Source of the DNA: an uncultured bacterium
GTDB lineage: Bacteria > Auribacterota > Erginobacteria > Erginobacterales > Erginobacteraceae
Direction: 5' to 3'
Length of the DNA: 64,000 nt
Assembly: GCA_963822585.1 (NCBI GenBank)
Contig: CAWGIE010000008.1
Span: forward strand, 63,226-127,225
Shown here: positions 44,523 through 52,916 of the stretch, piece by piece
How positions within the stretch are numbered: position 1 is the first letter of the stretch
Layout of the letters: each line of letters starts with the position of its first letter
Notes under the pieces: model-generated
What the model was told of the DNA's origin: nothing
What the model saw: the letters and a program-made list of their open reading frames with translations, nothing else
Databases searched by the model: none
Position numbers and translations under genes: made by a program

Positions 44523-45767
44523 ATGGCCGAACGGAGAGTTGTTATCACCGGGATGGGAGTAGTATCCCCGATCGGCAATAATCCGGATGAATTCTGGGAT
44601 GCGCTGGCTTCCTGCAGAAGCGGTATCAGCCGGATTACCGCCTTCGATCCTTCCGGTTTCGACACCCAGATTGCCGGGGAGATTAAGAACTTTGACCCGG
44701 CCCAGTATCTCGACCGAAAGCAGCTGAAGAGGATGGACCGGTTCTGTCAGCTGGGGGTCATTGCGGCCAAGCAGGCGCTGGAGGATTCGGGATTGGACCT
44801 CGCTCATGAGGATCTGAACCGGATTGGGGTCTATGCCAGTTCCGGGATCGGCGGCCTCAATACCATCGAAACCCAGCACAAGATCCTGCTGGAGAAAGGC
44901 CCCAGCCGCGTGTCTCCCCTCCTGGTGCCGATGATGATCATTAACCTTCTGCCGGGACAGATTGCCATGATCTGGGGGCTGAAGGGGCCGAATATCTCCG
45001 TGGTCACCGCCTGCGCCACTTCCACTCATTCCATCGGGGAAGCACTCTGGGGAATACGGAACGGCCGGGCCGATGTTCTGGTGGCCGGCGGCGCGGAAGC
45101 GTCGAACACCCAGCTGGGTCTGGCCGGGTTCTGCTCGATGAAAGCGCTTTCCACCCGCAACGACGCGCCGGAAAAAGCCAGCCGCCCCTTCGACAAGGAG
45201 CGGGACGGGTTTATTATGTCAGAGGGCGCGGGGATGCTGGTCCTGGAGGAGCTGGAGCACGCCCGGGCGCGGGGGGCGAAGATATACGGTGAGCTTGTCG
45301 GGTACGGGCTCTCTTCCGATGCCTATCACCTGACCGCGCCGGCCCCCGGCGGAGAAGGCGCCGCCCGGAGCATGCAAATGGCGATCGATTCCGCCGGGAT
45401 CAACCCGGAGGACGTTGATTACATCAACGCGCACGGGACCTCGACGCCCCTCAACGACAAATTCGAGACCATGGCCATCAAGCTCGTCTTCGGGGAGGCG
45501 GCTTACAAGGTCCCGGTCAGCTCAACCAAATCGATGCACGGTCATCTCCTGGGCGCGGCGGGCGCGGTAGAAGTCGCGGTTTGCCTGCTGGCCATGAAAA
45601 ATAAACTCATCCCTCCCACCATAAACTACGAAGTGCCGGATCCGGACTGCGATCTTGATTACGTGCCCAATGAACCGCGGGAAGCGGAGATCAAGATCGC
45701 GCTGAGCAATTCTTTCGGCTTCGGAGGGCATAACGGGACGTTGATCCTCAAGCAGTTCAGCGAATAA
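44523..45767 (+). CDS. fabF: Beta-ketoacyl-ACP synthase II
   Basis: RRVVITGMG, TACAT, NAHGTST, GHLLGAAG, SNSFGFGGHN. Confidence 0.97.
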   Translation: MAERRVVITGMGVVSPIGNNPDEFWDALASCRSGISRITAFDPSGFDTQIAGEIKNFDPAQYLDRKQLKRMDRFCQLGVIAAKQALEDSGLDLAHEDLNRIGVYASSGIGGLNTIETQHKILLEKGPSRVSPLLVPMMIINLLPGQIAMIWGLKGPNISVVTACATSTHSIGEALWGIRNGRADVLVAGGAEASNTQLGLAGFCSMKALSTRNDAPEKASRPFDKERDGFIMSEGAGMLVLEELEHARARGAKIYGELVGYGLSSDAYHLTAPAPGGEGAARSMQMAIDSAGINPEDVDYINAHGTSTPLNDKFETMAIKLVFGEAAYKVPVSSTKSMHGHLLGAAGAVEVAVCLLAMKNKLIPPTINYEVPDPDCDLDYVPNEPREAEIKIALSNSFGFGGHNGTLILKQFSE

Positions 45768-45799
45768 AATCAGCCGCCGGGATACCCGGCGGCTGATTT
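45767..45799 (+). terminator. Probable intrinsic terminator after fabF
   Basis: aaatcagccgccggg-ata-cccggcggctgattt. Confidence 0.7.
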
Positions 45800-46123
45800 G
45801 ATTCTTATTCGTCTTTAACCGGCCGCGCTTGTCCTCCATTCTTCGGGTTAGGCATGAAAGTTCTTGCTTTTCATCCATAATCCAGGCTTTTGAGTGCCGT
45901 TCAACAATCTATACAATGCAGTTCCGGCCCCACGGTTTCCGCATCCTGTTTGTTGACCGGGCCCGACGACGTCGTCTCCTTCCCCGCGCCAGTGCGGTCG
46001 AATATCGGCCATCGTCAGTCGTCCCCGGGAATGGTGCTGGATGAGATCAACACGCCATCATTGTTGGTGCTCCGTTGCGTATAGGCTTTGTGCAAAACAA
46101 AGATTTTCCGGAGGAAAATATTT

Positions 46124-47281
46124 ATGAATTACTTTTTGACTGAAGAACAGGTGATGATTAAGGACCTGGCGCGCCAGATTGCCGAGGAGAAGTTCAAGCC
46201 GATCCGGGCCGAGATGGATGAAAAGGGGGAGTTTCCCTGGGAAATGGTAAAGGTCCTGCGGGAATCGGACATGTTCGGAATCTATCTTCCGGAAGAATAC
46301 GGCGGTCTGGGAGGAGGGGTCCTGGAACTGTGTCTGGCGGTTGAGGAGTTGAGCCGGGTTTGCGGGGGGATGTCTCTCTCCCTGGCCGCGACCGCCCTGG
46401 CGACTTTTCCGATACTCCTTTTCGGAAACGATGAGCAGAAAAAGAAGTATCTGCCTTCCCTGGCTTCGGGCGAGCACCTGGCCGCTTTTGCCCTGACCGA
46501 ACCGGAAGCGGGCAGCGATGCCGGGGCAACCAAGACGACCGCCCGCCTGGAGGGCGATCACTACGTTCTCAACGGCACCAAGTGTTTTATCACCAATGGA
46601 AGCGTAGCCGAGATCGCCACGGTCATTGCCATGACCGATAAAAGCAAGGGCAGCCGGGGTGCCAGCGCCTTCATCGTGGAGAAGGGCATGGAGGGTTTCA
46701 GCGTGGGCAAGGAAGAGGACAAGATGGGCATCCGGGCATCCTCAACCGCCGAGCTTATTTTTGAAGATTGCAAGGTCCCCAAAGATAATCTGCTCGCCCG
46801 GGAGGGGATGGGCTTTATCGTCGCCATGAAGACGCTGGATCAGTCCCGGCCCGGGGTAGCCGCCCAGGCGCTCGGAATCGCCCAGGGCGCCCTTGATGCC
46901 GCCCTTGAATACGCCCGGCAGAGAAAACAGTTCGGTCGCCCCATCATCTCTTTTCAGGGGTTGCAATGGATGCTGGCCGACATGGCCGCCCGGGTGGAGG
47001 CGGCGCGGGCCCTGGTTTACAGCGTCGCCCGGGCAGTCGACGGGGGAGAGAAGCGAGTTGCCAAGGAGTCGGCGATCTGCAAGCTGTTCGCCTCCGACGT
47101 GGCGATGAGCGTGACGACGGACGCGGTCCAGATTCTCGGGGGGTACGGCTATATGAAAGAGTATCCGGTGGAGAAGATGATGCGTGACGCCAAGATAACC
47201 CAGATCTATGAAGGGACCAACCAGATTCAGAGAGACGTGATCGGCACCCAGTTGATCAGAGAGAGCGCCAGTAAGAAATAA
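46124..47281 (+). CDS. Acyl-CoA dehydrogenase (Bcd/CarC-like)
   Basis: FALTEPEAGSDA, GTKCFITNG, KMGIRAS, RKQFG, GGYGYMKEYPVE, IYEGTNQIQR; RBS ggagg before ATG 46124. Confidence 0.94.
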   Translation: MNYFLTEEQVMIKDLARQIAEEKFKPIRAEMDEKGEFPWEMVKVLRESDMFGIYLPEEYGGLGGGVLELCLAVEELSRVCGGMSLSLAATALATFPILLFGNDEQKKKYLPSLASGEHLAAFALTEPEAGSDAGATKTTARLEGDHYVLNGTKCFITNGSVAEIATVIAMTDKSKGSRGASAFIVEKGMEGFSVGKEEDKMGIRASSTAELIFEDCKVPKDNLLAREGMGFIVAMKTLDQSRPGVAAQALGIAQGALDAALEYARQRKQFGRPIISFQGLQWMLADMAARVEAARALVYSVARAVDGGEKRVAKESAICKLFASDVAMSVTTDAVQILGGYGYMKEYPVEKMMRDAKITQIYEGTNQIQRDVIGTQLIRESASKK

Positions 47282-47289
47282 TAAAATAC

Positions 47290-47513
47290 TGCAGGATCGC
47301 CCTTTCGCTTTCGCGCCAGGGCTTGTAGGATCAGAATGCCTTCGGCATTCTTTGTAGTAGTTGTAGGATCGCTTCCTGCTTGCCGGCAGGCGCTTGCGGT
47401 TCAGCAAGCCTTGCCTGCGGCAAGGCGATACTACATCTCCTACAATTCCTACAAGTCCGAAACGAAGTGAAGGACGATCCTGCATAAATTAGCGATCGAA
47501 GAGAGCTAATTTA
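47290..47513. repeat. GTAG/REP-like MITE (inverted homologue of 37562-37738) followed by a cassette right end
   Basis: Shares gatcagaatgccttcggcattctttgtag...ttgtaggatcgcttc...gcgatactacat with the reverse complement of 37562-37738. Confidence 0.8.
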
Positions 47514-47514
47514 T

Positions 47515-48300
47515 ATGAATATCATCGTCTGCATCAAGCAAGTCCCCGACACCACCGATGTCCGGATCAATCCGGAGACCAATACCCTGGTCCGGGAAGG
47601 AGTGGAGAGTATCATCAACCCCTTCGACCTCTACGCCATCGAGGAAGGGGTCCGGATTAAGGAGAAACACGGGGGCACGGTGACGGTGATCAGCATGGGG
47701 CCGCCGCAGGTGGAGAAGGCTCTGCGGGAGGCCATCTCCCTCGGGGTTGACGAGGCCATTCATCTCTGCGACCGGGCTTTCGCCGGTGCCGACACCTGGG
47801 CCACCTCATACACTCTCGCCCGGGGGATCGAGAAGAAAGGGAACTATGACATTGTCATTTGTGGGAAACAGGCGATCGATGGTGACACCGCGCAGGTCGG
47901 CCCCGGTATAGCCGTTCGGCTGGATATCCCCCAGATAACGTATGTCAGAAAGATCGAGGAGATCAATGGAGGGGTGATCAGGGTTCAGCGGATGACCGAG
48001 GAGGGACATGAGGTCATCGAAGGGGATCTCCCGATCCTCATCTCCGTAGTGAAGGAGATCAATGAACCCCGGCTGCCGTCTTTGAAGGGGAAGATGCGGG
48101 CTAAAAAAGCGGAAATTATCACCTGGGGAGCCACCGATATCGGCGCTGACGAACAGCTGATCGGACTCAATGGATCTCCCACCCAGGTGGTAACGATTTT
48201 TTCCCCCCCGGCCCGGGAAGGAGGGGAGATTTTGAAAGGTGAACCCCTGGAGATGGTCGAGCAATTGATAGAGGCTTTAGAGAGACAGAAGATAATTTAG
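47515..48300 (+). CDS. etfB: Electron transfer flavoprotein beta subunit
   Basis: CIKQVPDT, INPFD, GKQAIDGDTAQVGP, NEPRLPS, GSPT. Confidence 0.95.
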   Translation: MNIIVCIKQVPDTTDVRINPETNTLVREGVESIINPFDLYAIEEGVRIKEKHGGTVTVISMGPPQVEKALREAISLGVDEAIHLCDRAFAGADTWATSYTLARGIEKKGNYDIVICGKQAIDGDTAQVGPGIAVRLDIPQITYVRKIEEINGGVIRVQRMTEEGHEVIEGDLPILISVVKEINEPRLPSLKGKMRAKKAEIITWGATDIGADEQLIGLNGSPTQVVTIFSPPAREGGEILKGEPLEMVEQLIEALERQKII

Positions 48301-48362
48301 TAATCAGAATCGGAAAAGGTACCATACCCAATTAATCTGCGAAGTCCATGGAGGGATATTGC

Positions 48363-48461
48363 ATGGAGTATTGGAGTGGTGGAGTAATGGAGTATTGGGA
48401 AAAAGGGCCCGGCTACAACCGCCTCCCATCACTCAAGTATTCCATCACTCCAACACTCCAT
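48363..48461. repeat. Family A inverted-arm element
   Basis: atggagtattggagtggtggagtaatggagtattgg ... ccatcactcaagtattccatcactccaacactccat. Confidence 0.9.
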
Positions 48462-48622
48462 TATTATTAAAATTGGTTGTTCCCTCGTTCCCATGCTCTG
48501 CGTGGGAACGAGGTGGATACGAGGTATTTTCAGAGAGCCAAAGTGTTACGGAATTTTGAATGGGATTTTGAATTTGTTTAGGATTTAGATATTCGGATTT
48601 AGGATTTTTATAGCAGGATGTA

Positions 48623-49822
48623 GTGATTATGGGAATTCAAGTTATTACTGAAAAATGTGTTGGTTGTAGTCTTTGTGTGAAGTCCTGTCCCTACGGGGCG
48701 ATCGAGATGCAGGACGGCCTGGCGCTCATCAATCATGACGCCTGCACTCTCTGCGGGGCCTGCGTGGAGCCCTGTAAATTTAATGCCATCGTCCTGAGAA
48801 AGGAACATCAGGGCACCGGCGATCTTGACGCCTACCGGGGAGTCTGGGTCTGCGCCGAACAGAAAAAAGGCCGGATTCAGAGTGTGACCTATGAGCTGCT
48901 GGGAGCGGGAAGAAGTTTGGCCGACCAGAGGGGTGTCGAATTATCGGCCATCCTGATCGGCAATGAGATCGAGAAGGAGGCCGAGGAACTCATCATCCGG
49001 GGAGCGGATAAGGTCTATCTGGTTGAGGCGGCTCCTCTGGCCGATTTTCTGGACGAGCCCTATTCAAGAATTCTTTCCCGCCTGATCAGGGAGGAGAAGC
49101 CGGAGATTGTCCTCACCGGCGCCACCTCAATCGGGCGCTCTCTGATTCCCCGGGTCGCGGCCGAAATAAATACCGGTTTGACCGCTGACTGTACCGGCCT
49201 CGCCATTGACGACCAGCGGGGCTTGCTCTTACAGACTCGTCCGGCCTTCGGCGGCAACATCATGGCGACGATCATCTGCGAGGATTACCGCCCCCAGATG
49301 GCGACCGTTCGCCATAAGGTAATGAAAGAGGCGGTTCCTGACCGGTCGCGGCGAGGAAAGATTATCAAAGTCAGTGTCCTCCCGGAGGAACTTGCCTCCC
49401 GGACCAGGTTTCTGGAGTCGGTGGAGGAGTTAGGATACGCGGTCAACATCGCCGATGCCGATATTATTGTCTCCGGCGGACGGGGGATGAAGGGACCGGA
49501 TAACTACTCGCTTCTCCAGGAACTGGCCGAGCTGCTGGGCGGGGCGGTGGGAGCATCCCGGGCGGCGGTGGACGCCGGCTGGATTCCGTATTCCCACCAG
49601 GTCGGGCAGACCGGCAAGACCGTGCAGCCCAAGGTGTATATCGCCTGCGGGATTTCCGGCGCTATCCAGCATCTGGTGGGGATGCAATCATCCGATGTCA
49701 TCATCGCCATCAATAAAGACCCGGCCGCCCCCATATTCAGTGTCGCGACCTACGGGCTGGTCGGCGACCTCTTCGAGATCGTTCCCGCCCTGATCAGAAA
49801 ATTGAAGGAAAAAAATAAATAA
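48623..49822 (+). CDS. etfA: Electron transfer flavoprotein alpha subunit with N-terminal 2[4Fe-4S] ferredoxin domain
   Basis: CVGCSLCVKSCP and CTLCGACVEPC; GLTADCT, QVGQTG, GISGAIQH, AINKD. Confidence 0.94.
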   Translation: MIMGIQVITEKCVGCSLCVKSCPYGAIEMQDGLALINHDACTLCGACVEPCKFNAIVLRKEHQGTGDLDAYRGVWVCAEQKKGRIQSVTYELLGAGRSLADQRGVELSAILIGNEIEKEAEELIIRGADKVYLVEAAPLADFLDEPYSRILSRLIREEKPEIVLTGATSIGRSLIPRVAAEINTGLTADCTGLAIDDQRGLLLQTRPAFGGNIMATIICEDYRPQMATVRHKVMKEAVPDRSRRGKIIKVSVLPEELASRTRFLESVEELGYAVNIADADIIVSGGRGMKGPDNYSLLQELAELLGGAVGASRAAVDAGWIPYSHQVGQTGKTVQPKVYIACGISGAIQHLVGMQSSDVIIAINKDPAAPIFSVATYGLVGDLFEIVPALIRKLKEKNK

Positions 49823-49825
49823 AAA

Positions 49826-49853
49826 TTGACATTGGAATCGTTTCCGCTATCCT
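49826..49853 (+). promoter_or_regulatory. Putative sigma70 promoter for the carbamoyltransferase operon
   Basis: TTGACA-16 nt-TATCCT. Confidence 0.4.
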
Positions 49854-49995
49854 AATTCACCCTTCAGACAAGATAGATAACTCAGCGAACAACAACCGGT
49901 TGATGGGAATGCGGAGAAGATCAGCTTCCACTTCCGGCACTTGTTTTTTTAAAACTTCAGGCACTTTCAATTTTAGGCACTTTAGGCACTTATTT

Positions 49996-51930
49996 ATGTA
50001 TATTTTAGGTATTTCAGCGTTTTACCATGATGCCGCCGCGGCCCTGATCAAGGACGGAGAAATCATCGCCGCGGCCCAGGAGGAGCGCTTCAGCCGGGTG
50101 AAGCACGACCTCGATTTCCCCCGCCTCTCGATCGAGTACTGTCTCCAGGAGGCAGGGATCACGATGGAGGACGTCGAATATGTCGGGTTCTACGACAAGC
50201 CCCTTCTCAAGTTTGAACGGATCCTGGAGACGTATCTTTCCTACGCCCCGAAAGGGATCCGGTCTTTTCTCCAGGCGATGCCCGTCTGGATGAAGCAGAA
50301 ATTGCATATCCGCGAGACCCTGACCAAGGAACTGGGGTTCAAGGGGAAGATCATCTTTCCCGAGCATCACGAATCCCACGCCGCCTCGGCCTTCTTTCCC
50401 TCGCCCTTCCAGGAATCGGCCATTCTCACCATCGACGGAGTGGGGGAATGGACTACCACCAGTTACGGCGTGGGGAAGGATAACCGGGTCGAACTGAAGG
50501 CCAGTATTCGCTTCCCTCACTCCCTGGGACTTCTCTACGCCGCCTTTACCTATTACTGCGGCTTCAAGGTCAACTCCGGCGAGTACAAGCTGATGGGACT
50601 GGCTCCCTACGGCGAGCCGAAGTATGTCGATCTCATCAAGGAGCATATCATTGATATCAAGGAAGACGGCTCCTTTCAGCTGAACGTTGACTACTTCGAT
50701 TACCCGGTGGGATTGCGGATGGTCGGCAAGAAGTTCAGCGAACTTTTCGGTGCTCCTCCTCAGAAAGCCGAGGCCACCATGACCCAGTTTTACATGGACT
50801 GTGCCCGATCAATCCAGGATGTCACCGAGGAGGTTCTCCTGAAAATGGGCCGCCATATCCATAAAGAGACCGGCATGAAGAATCTCTGCCTGGCCGGCGG
50901 CGTGGCTCTCAACTGCGTGGCCAACGGACGCCTTTTGCGGGAAGGCCCCTTCCAGGACATCTGGATCCAGCCGGCCGCCAGCGACGCCGGCGGCGCGCTG
51001 GGGGTCGCCCTCTTCATTTGGTATCAGTATCTCAATAATCCGCGCCGGGTCACGCCGGGGAAAGACTCCCAGAAAGGCTCTTACCTGGGGCCCGGCTTCT
51101 CCAATGAAGAGATAGAGTGTTTTCTCAAAGGGATTAAGGCCGACTATGAATATGTCCCGGACGAGCGGATCTCCGAAAAGGTGGCCGATCTGATCCTGGA
51201 TCAGAATGTCATCGGCTGGTACCGGGGCCGGATGGAGTTCGGTCCTCGTGCCCTGGGGGCCAGGAGCATTCTCGGCGATGCCCGCTCCCCCGAAATGCAG
51301 TCGATCATGAACCTCAAGATCAAGTTCAGGGAATCGTTCCGTCCCTTCGCGCCGGCCGTTCTCCGGGAGCGCGTCGCCGATTTCTTCGAGACCGATTATG
51401 CCAGCCCCTACATGCTGCTGGTTACCGATGTTTTGGAAGAGAGAAGAAAGCCGATGCCGTCTGCTGAAGAAATGGAAGGATTGCTGAAGGAGCAAAAAGA
51501 GCTTCTGCGGAAAGAGGTAGAGGAATTGCGGGAGGTAAACCGGATGGCGGACGCGGCAAAAGTGGAGAAGATGATAGGGAACGAGGACTATCTCCGCTTC
51601 CGGACCATTATCCACCAGGTCCGGTCGGATGTCCCGGCCATCACGCACGTTAATTATTCCGCCCGTCTCCAGACCGTAACCCGGGACGAAAACCCGTTTT
51701 ATTACGATGTTATCAAAAAGTTCGACGAGAAGACCGGCTGCCCGGTTATCGTCAATACTTCCTTTAACGTTCGGGGAGAGCCGATCGTCTGTACCCCGGA
51801 GGAAGCGTTCCGGTGTTTCATGCGGACCAAGATGGATTATCTGGTTCTGGAGAATTATGTCCTTGATAAAAAGAAACAGAAGGAATGGAAAGAAGAATTC
51901 GATTGGATGAAGGAGTTCACCCTTGATTGA
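49996..51930 (+). CDS. NodU/CmcH-family O-carbamoyltransferase (SxtI-like)
   Basis: ILGISAFYHDAAA, EERFSRVKH, EHHESHAASAF, GEYKLMGLAPYG, GGVALNC, EFGPRALG, NTSFN; start taken at ATG 49996. Confidence 0.92.
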   Translation: MYILGISAFYHDAAAALIKDGEIIAAAQEERFSRVKHDLDFPRLSIEYCLQEAGITMEDVEYVGFYDKPLLKFERILETYLSYAPKGIRSFLQAMPVWMKQKLHIRETLTKELGFKGKIIFPEHHESHAASAFFPSPFQESAILTIDGVGEWTTTSYGVGKDNRVELKASIRFPHSLGLLYAAFTYYCGFKVNSGEYKLMGLAPYGEPKYVDLIKEHIIDIKEDGSFQLNVDYFDYPVGLRMVGKKFSELFGAPPQKAEATMTQFYMDCARSIQDVTEEVLLKMGRHIHKETGMKNLCLAGGVALNCVANGRLLREGPFQDIWIQPAASDAGGALGVALFIWYQYLNNPRRVTPGKDSQKGSYLGPGFSNEEIECFLKGIKADYEYVPDERISEKVADLILDQNVIGWYRGRMEFGPRALGARSILGDARSPEMQSIMNLKIKFRESFRPFAPAVLRERVADFFETDYASPYMLLVTDVLEERRKPMPSAEEMEGLLKEQKELLRKEVEELREVNRMADAAKVEKMIGNEDYLRFRTIIHQVRSDVPAITHVNYSARLQTVTRDENPFYYDVIKKFDEKTGCPVIVNTSFNVRGEPIVCTPEEAFRCFMRTKMDYLVLENYVLDKKKQKEWKEEFDWMKEFTLD

Positions 51931-52336
51931 TTACGAATTTAATCCGACCAAGAAAGATTTACAGGATTTTGCCCGGTTTGTCCCGGCGGCACTGGTCGTG
52001 GCCGCTACCCTTTTTGGCCTGCTGAAAGGTTTTTCGACTTTTAACTGGGTGTTCTATGGCATCGCCGTTATTATTTATTTCTGGGGATTGCTTTCCCTCT
52101 ATTCCCTGAAACCGGTCTTCCTGGCCTGGATGGTGGTTACCCGAACAATAATGTTCCTGGTCACCATGATCGTTTTAGGGTTGGTATTTTACATCGGATT
52201 CACCGGTATCGGCCTCCTCATGCGCCTGCTGGGCAAGAATCCCCTGGACCGGAAGTTTGATCGCACCGCCGCGTCGTACTGGATAAAGCACCGGCCATAT
52301 CAGTTCAGCAAGGAACATTACGAGCGCCAGTTTTAA
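51923..52336 (+). CDS. SxtJ-like membrane protein
   Basis: Hydrophobic helices, WM.....I, G..MRLLGKNPL, SYWI, terminal RQF; typical neighbour of this carbamoyltransferase family. Confidence 0.75.
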   Translation: MIDYEFNPTKKDLQDFARFVPAALVVAATLFGLLKGFSTFNWVFYGIAVIIYFWGLLSLYSLKPVFLAWMVVTRTIMFLVTMIVLGLVFYIGFTGIGLLMRLLGKNPLDRKFDRTAASYWIKHRPYQFSKEHYERQF

Positions 52337-52477
52337 AACATTTTTACTTCGTAAAAATGTTTTAAAACTGCTGGAAAAACATACGGTGGATATTGTATCA
52401 TCCGGAGATGATTATAATATTTTTCAATGGCGTTAATGTAAGAGTAAGTTAGCGCCGAAGGTACTGATTAATAATAT

Positions 52478-52633
52478 ATGAAAGCAAGCTTACTCAAAGA
52501 ACTCTGGGATTTCCTGAAAATACGGAAAAAGTGGTGGCTCCTTCCGATTCTGGTGCTGCTGCTCTTGCTGTTCCTCTTAATCTTTCTGACCAGCAATCCC
52601 GCTACCTCTCCCTTCATTTATACTTTATTTTAA
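52478..52633 (+). CDS. SxtK/DUF5989-like small membrane protein, 51 aa (absent from the ORF track)
   Basis: Manual translation MKASLLKELWDFLKIRKKWWLLPILVLLLLLFLLIFLTSNPATSPFIYTLF; RKKWWL.P and PFIYTLF are family-typical. Confidence 0.85.
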   Translation: MKASLLKELWDFLKIRKKWWLLPILVLLLLLFLLIFLTSNPATSPFIYTLF

Positions 52634-52916
52634 CCTGAAGCCGTTCGGCCTCAGGTTAAAATAAAGTATGAAGAAAGGCGGTGTTGCTCTGTCGTAATCC
52701 AGCCTATTGCTCTCGTGTAACATCATGCGCTCGAGCATTCCGGAAAAACAACAGGCTGCACCTATTTCTTTTCTCCTTCCCTTTTCCCTCCCCGTTATTA
52801 TAATTGAATGGGGTACGTTTGTTATCAGTATTCGCTCACCGGCGGTGAACCGATATGTTTTTTAATTGCCGCCGTCGGCGGCAATTAAAATCACCAAAAT
52901 TTTTCGGAGAAAAATT

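Noticed and set aside
45812..45853. attC-like TTTAAC...GTTAGGC
   Set aside because: The interval is only about 40 bp, too short for attC, with no matching inner boxes.
45850..46080. Possible GNAT pseudogene on the - strand (NRGAGTALYRLL)
   Set aside because: Only one short motif-like stretch, with no supportable start or further motifs.
49996..52633. Saxitoxin biosynthesis cluster
   Set aside because: Only the widespread I/J/K-like triad is present, with no sxtA, sxtG or other core genes.
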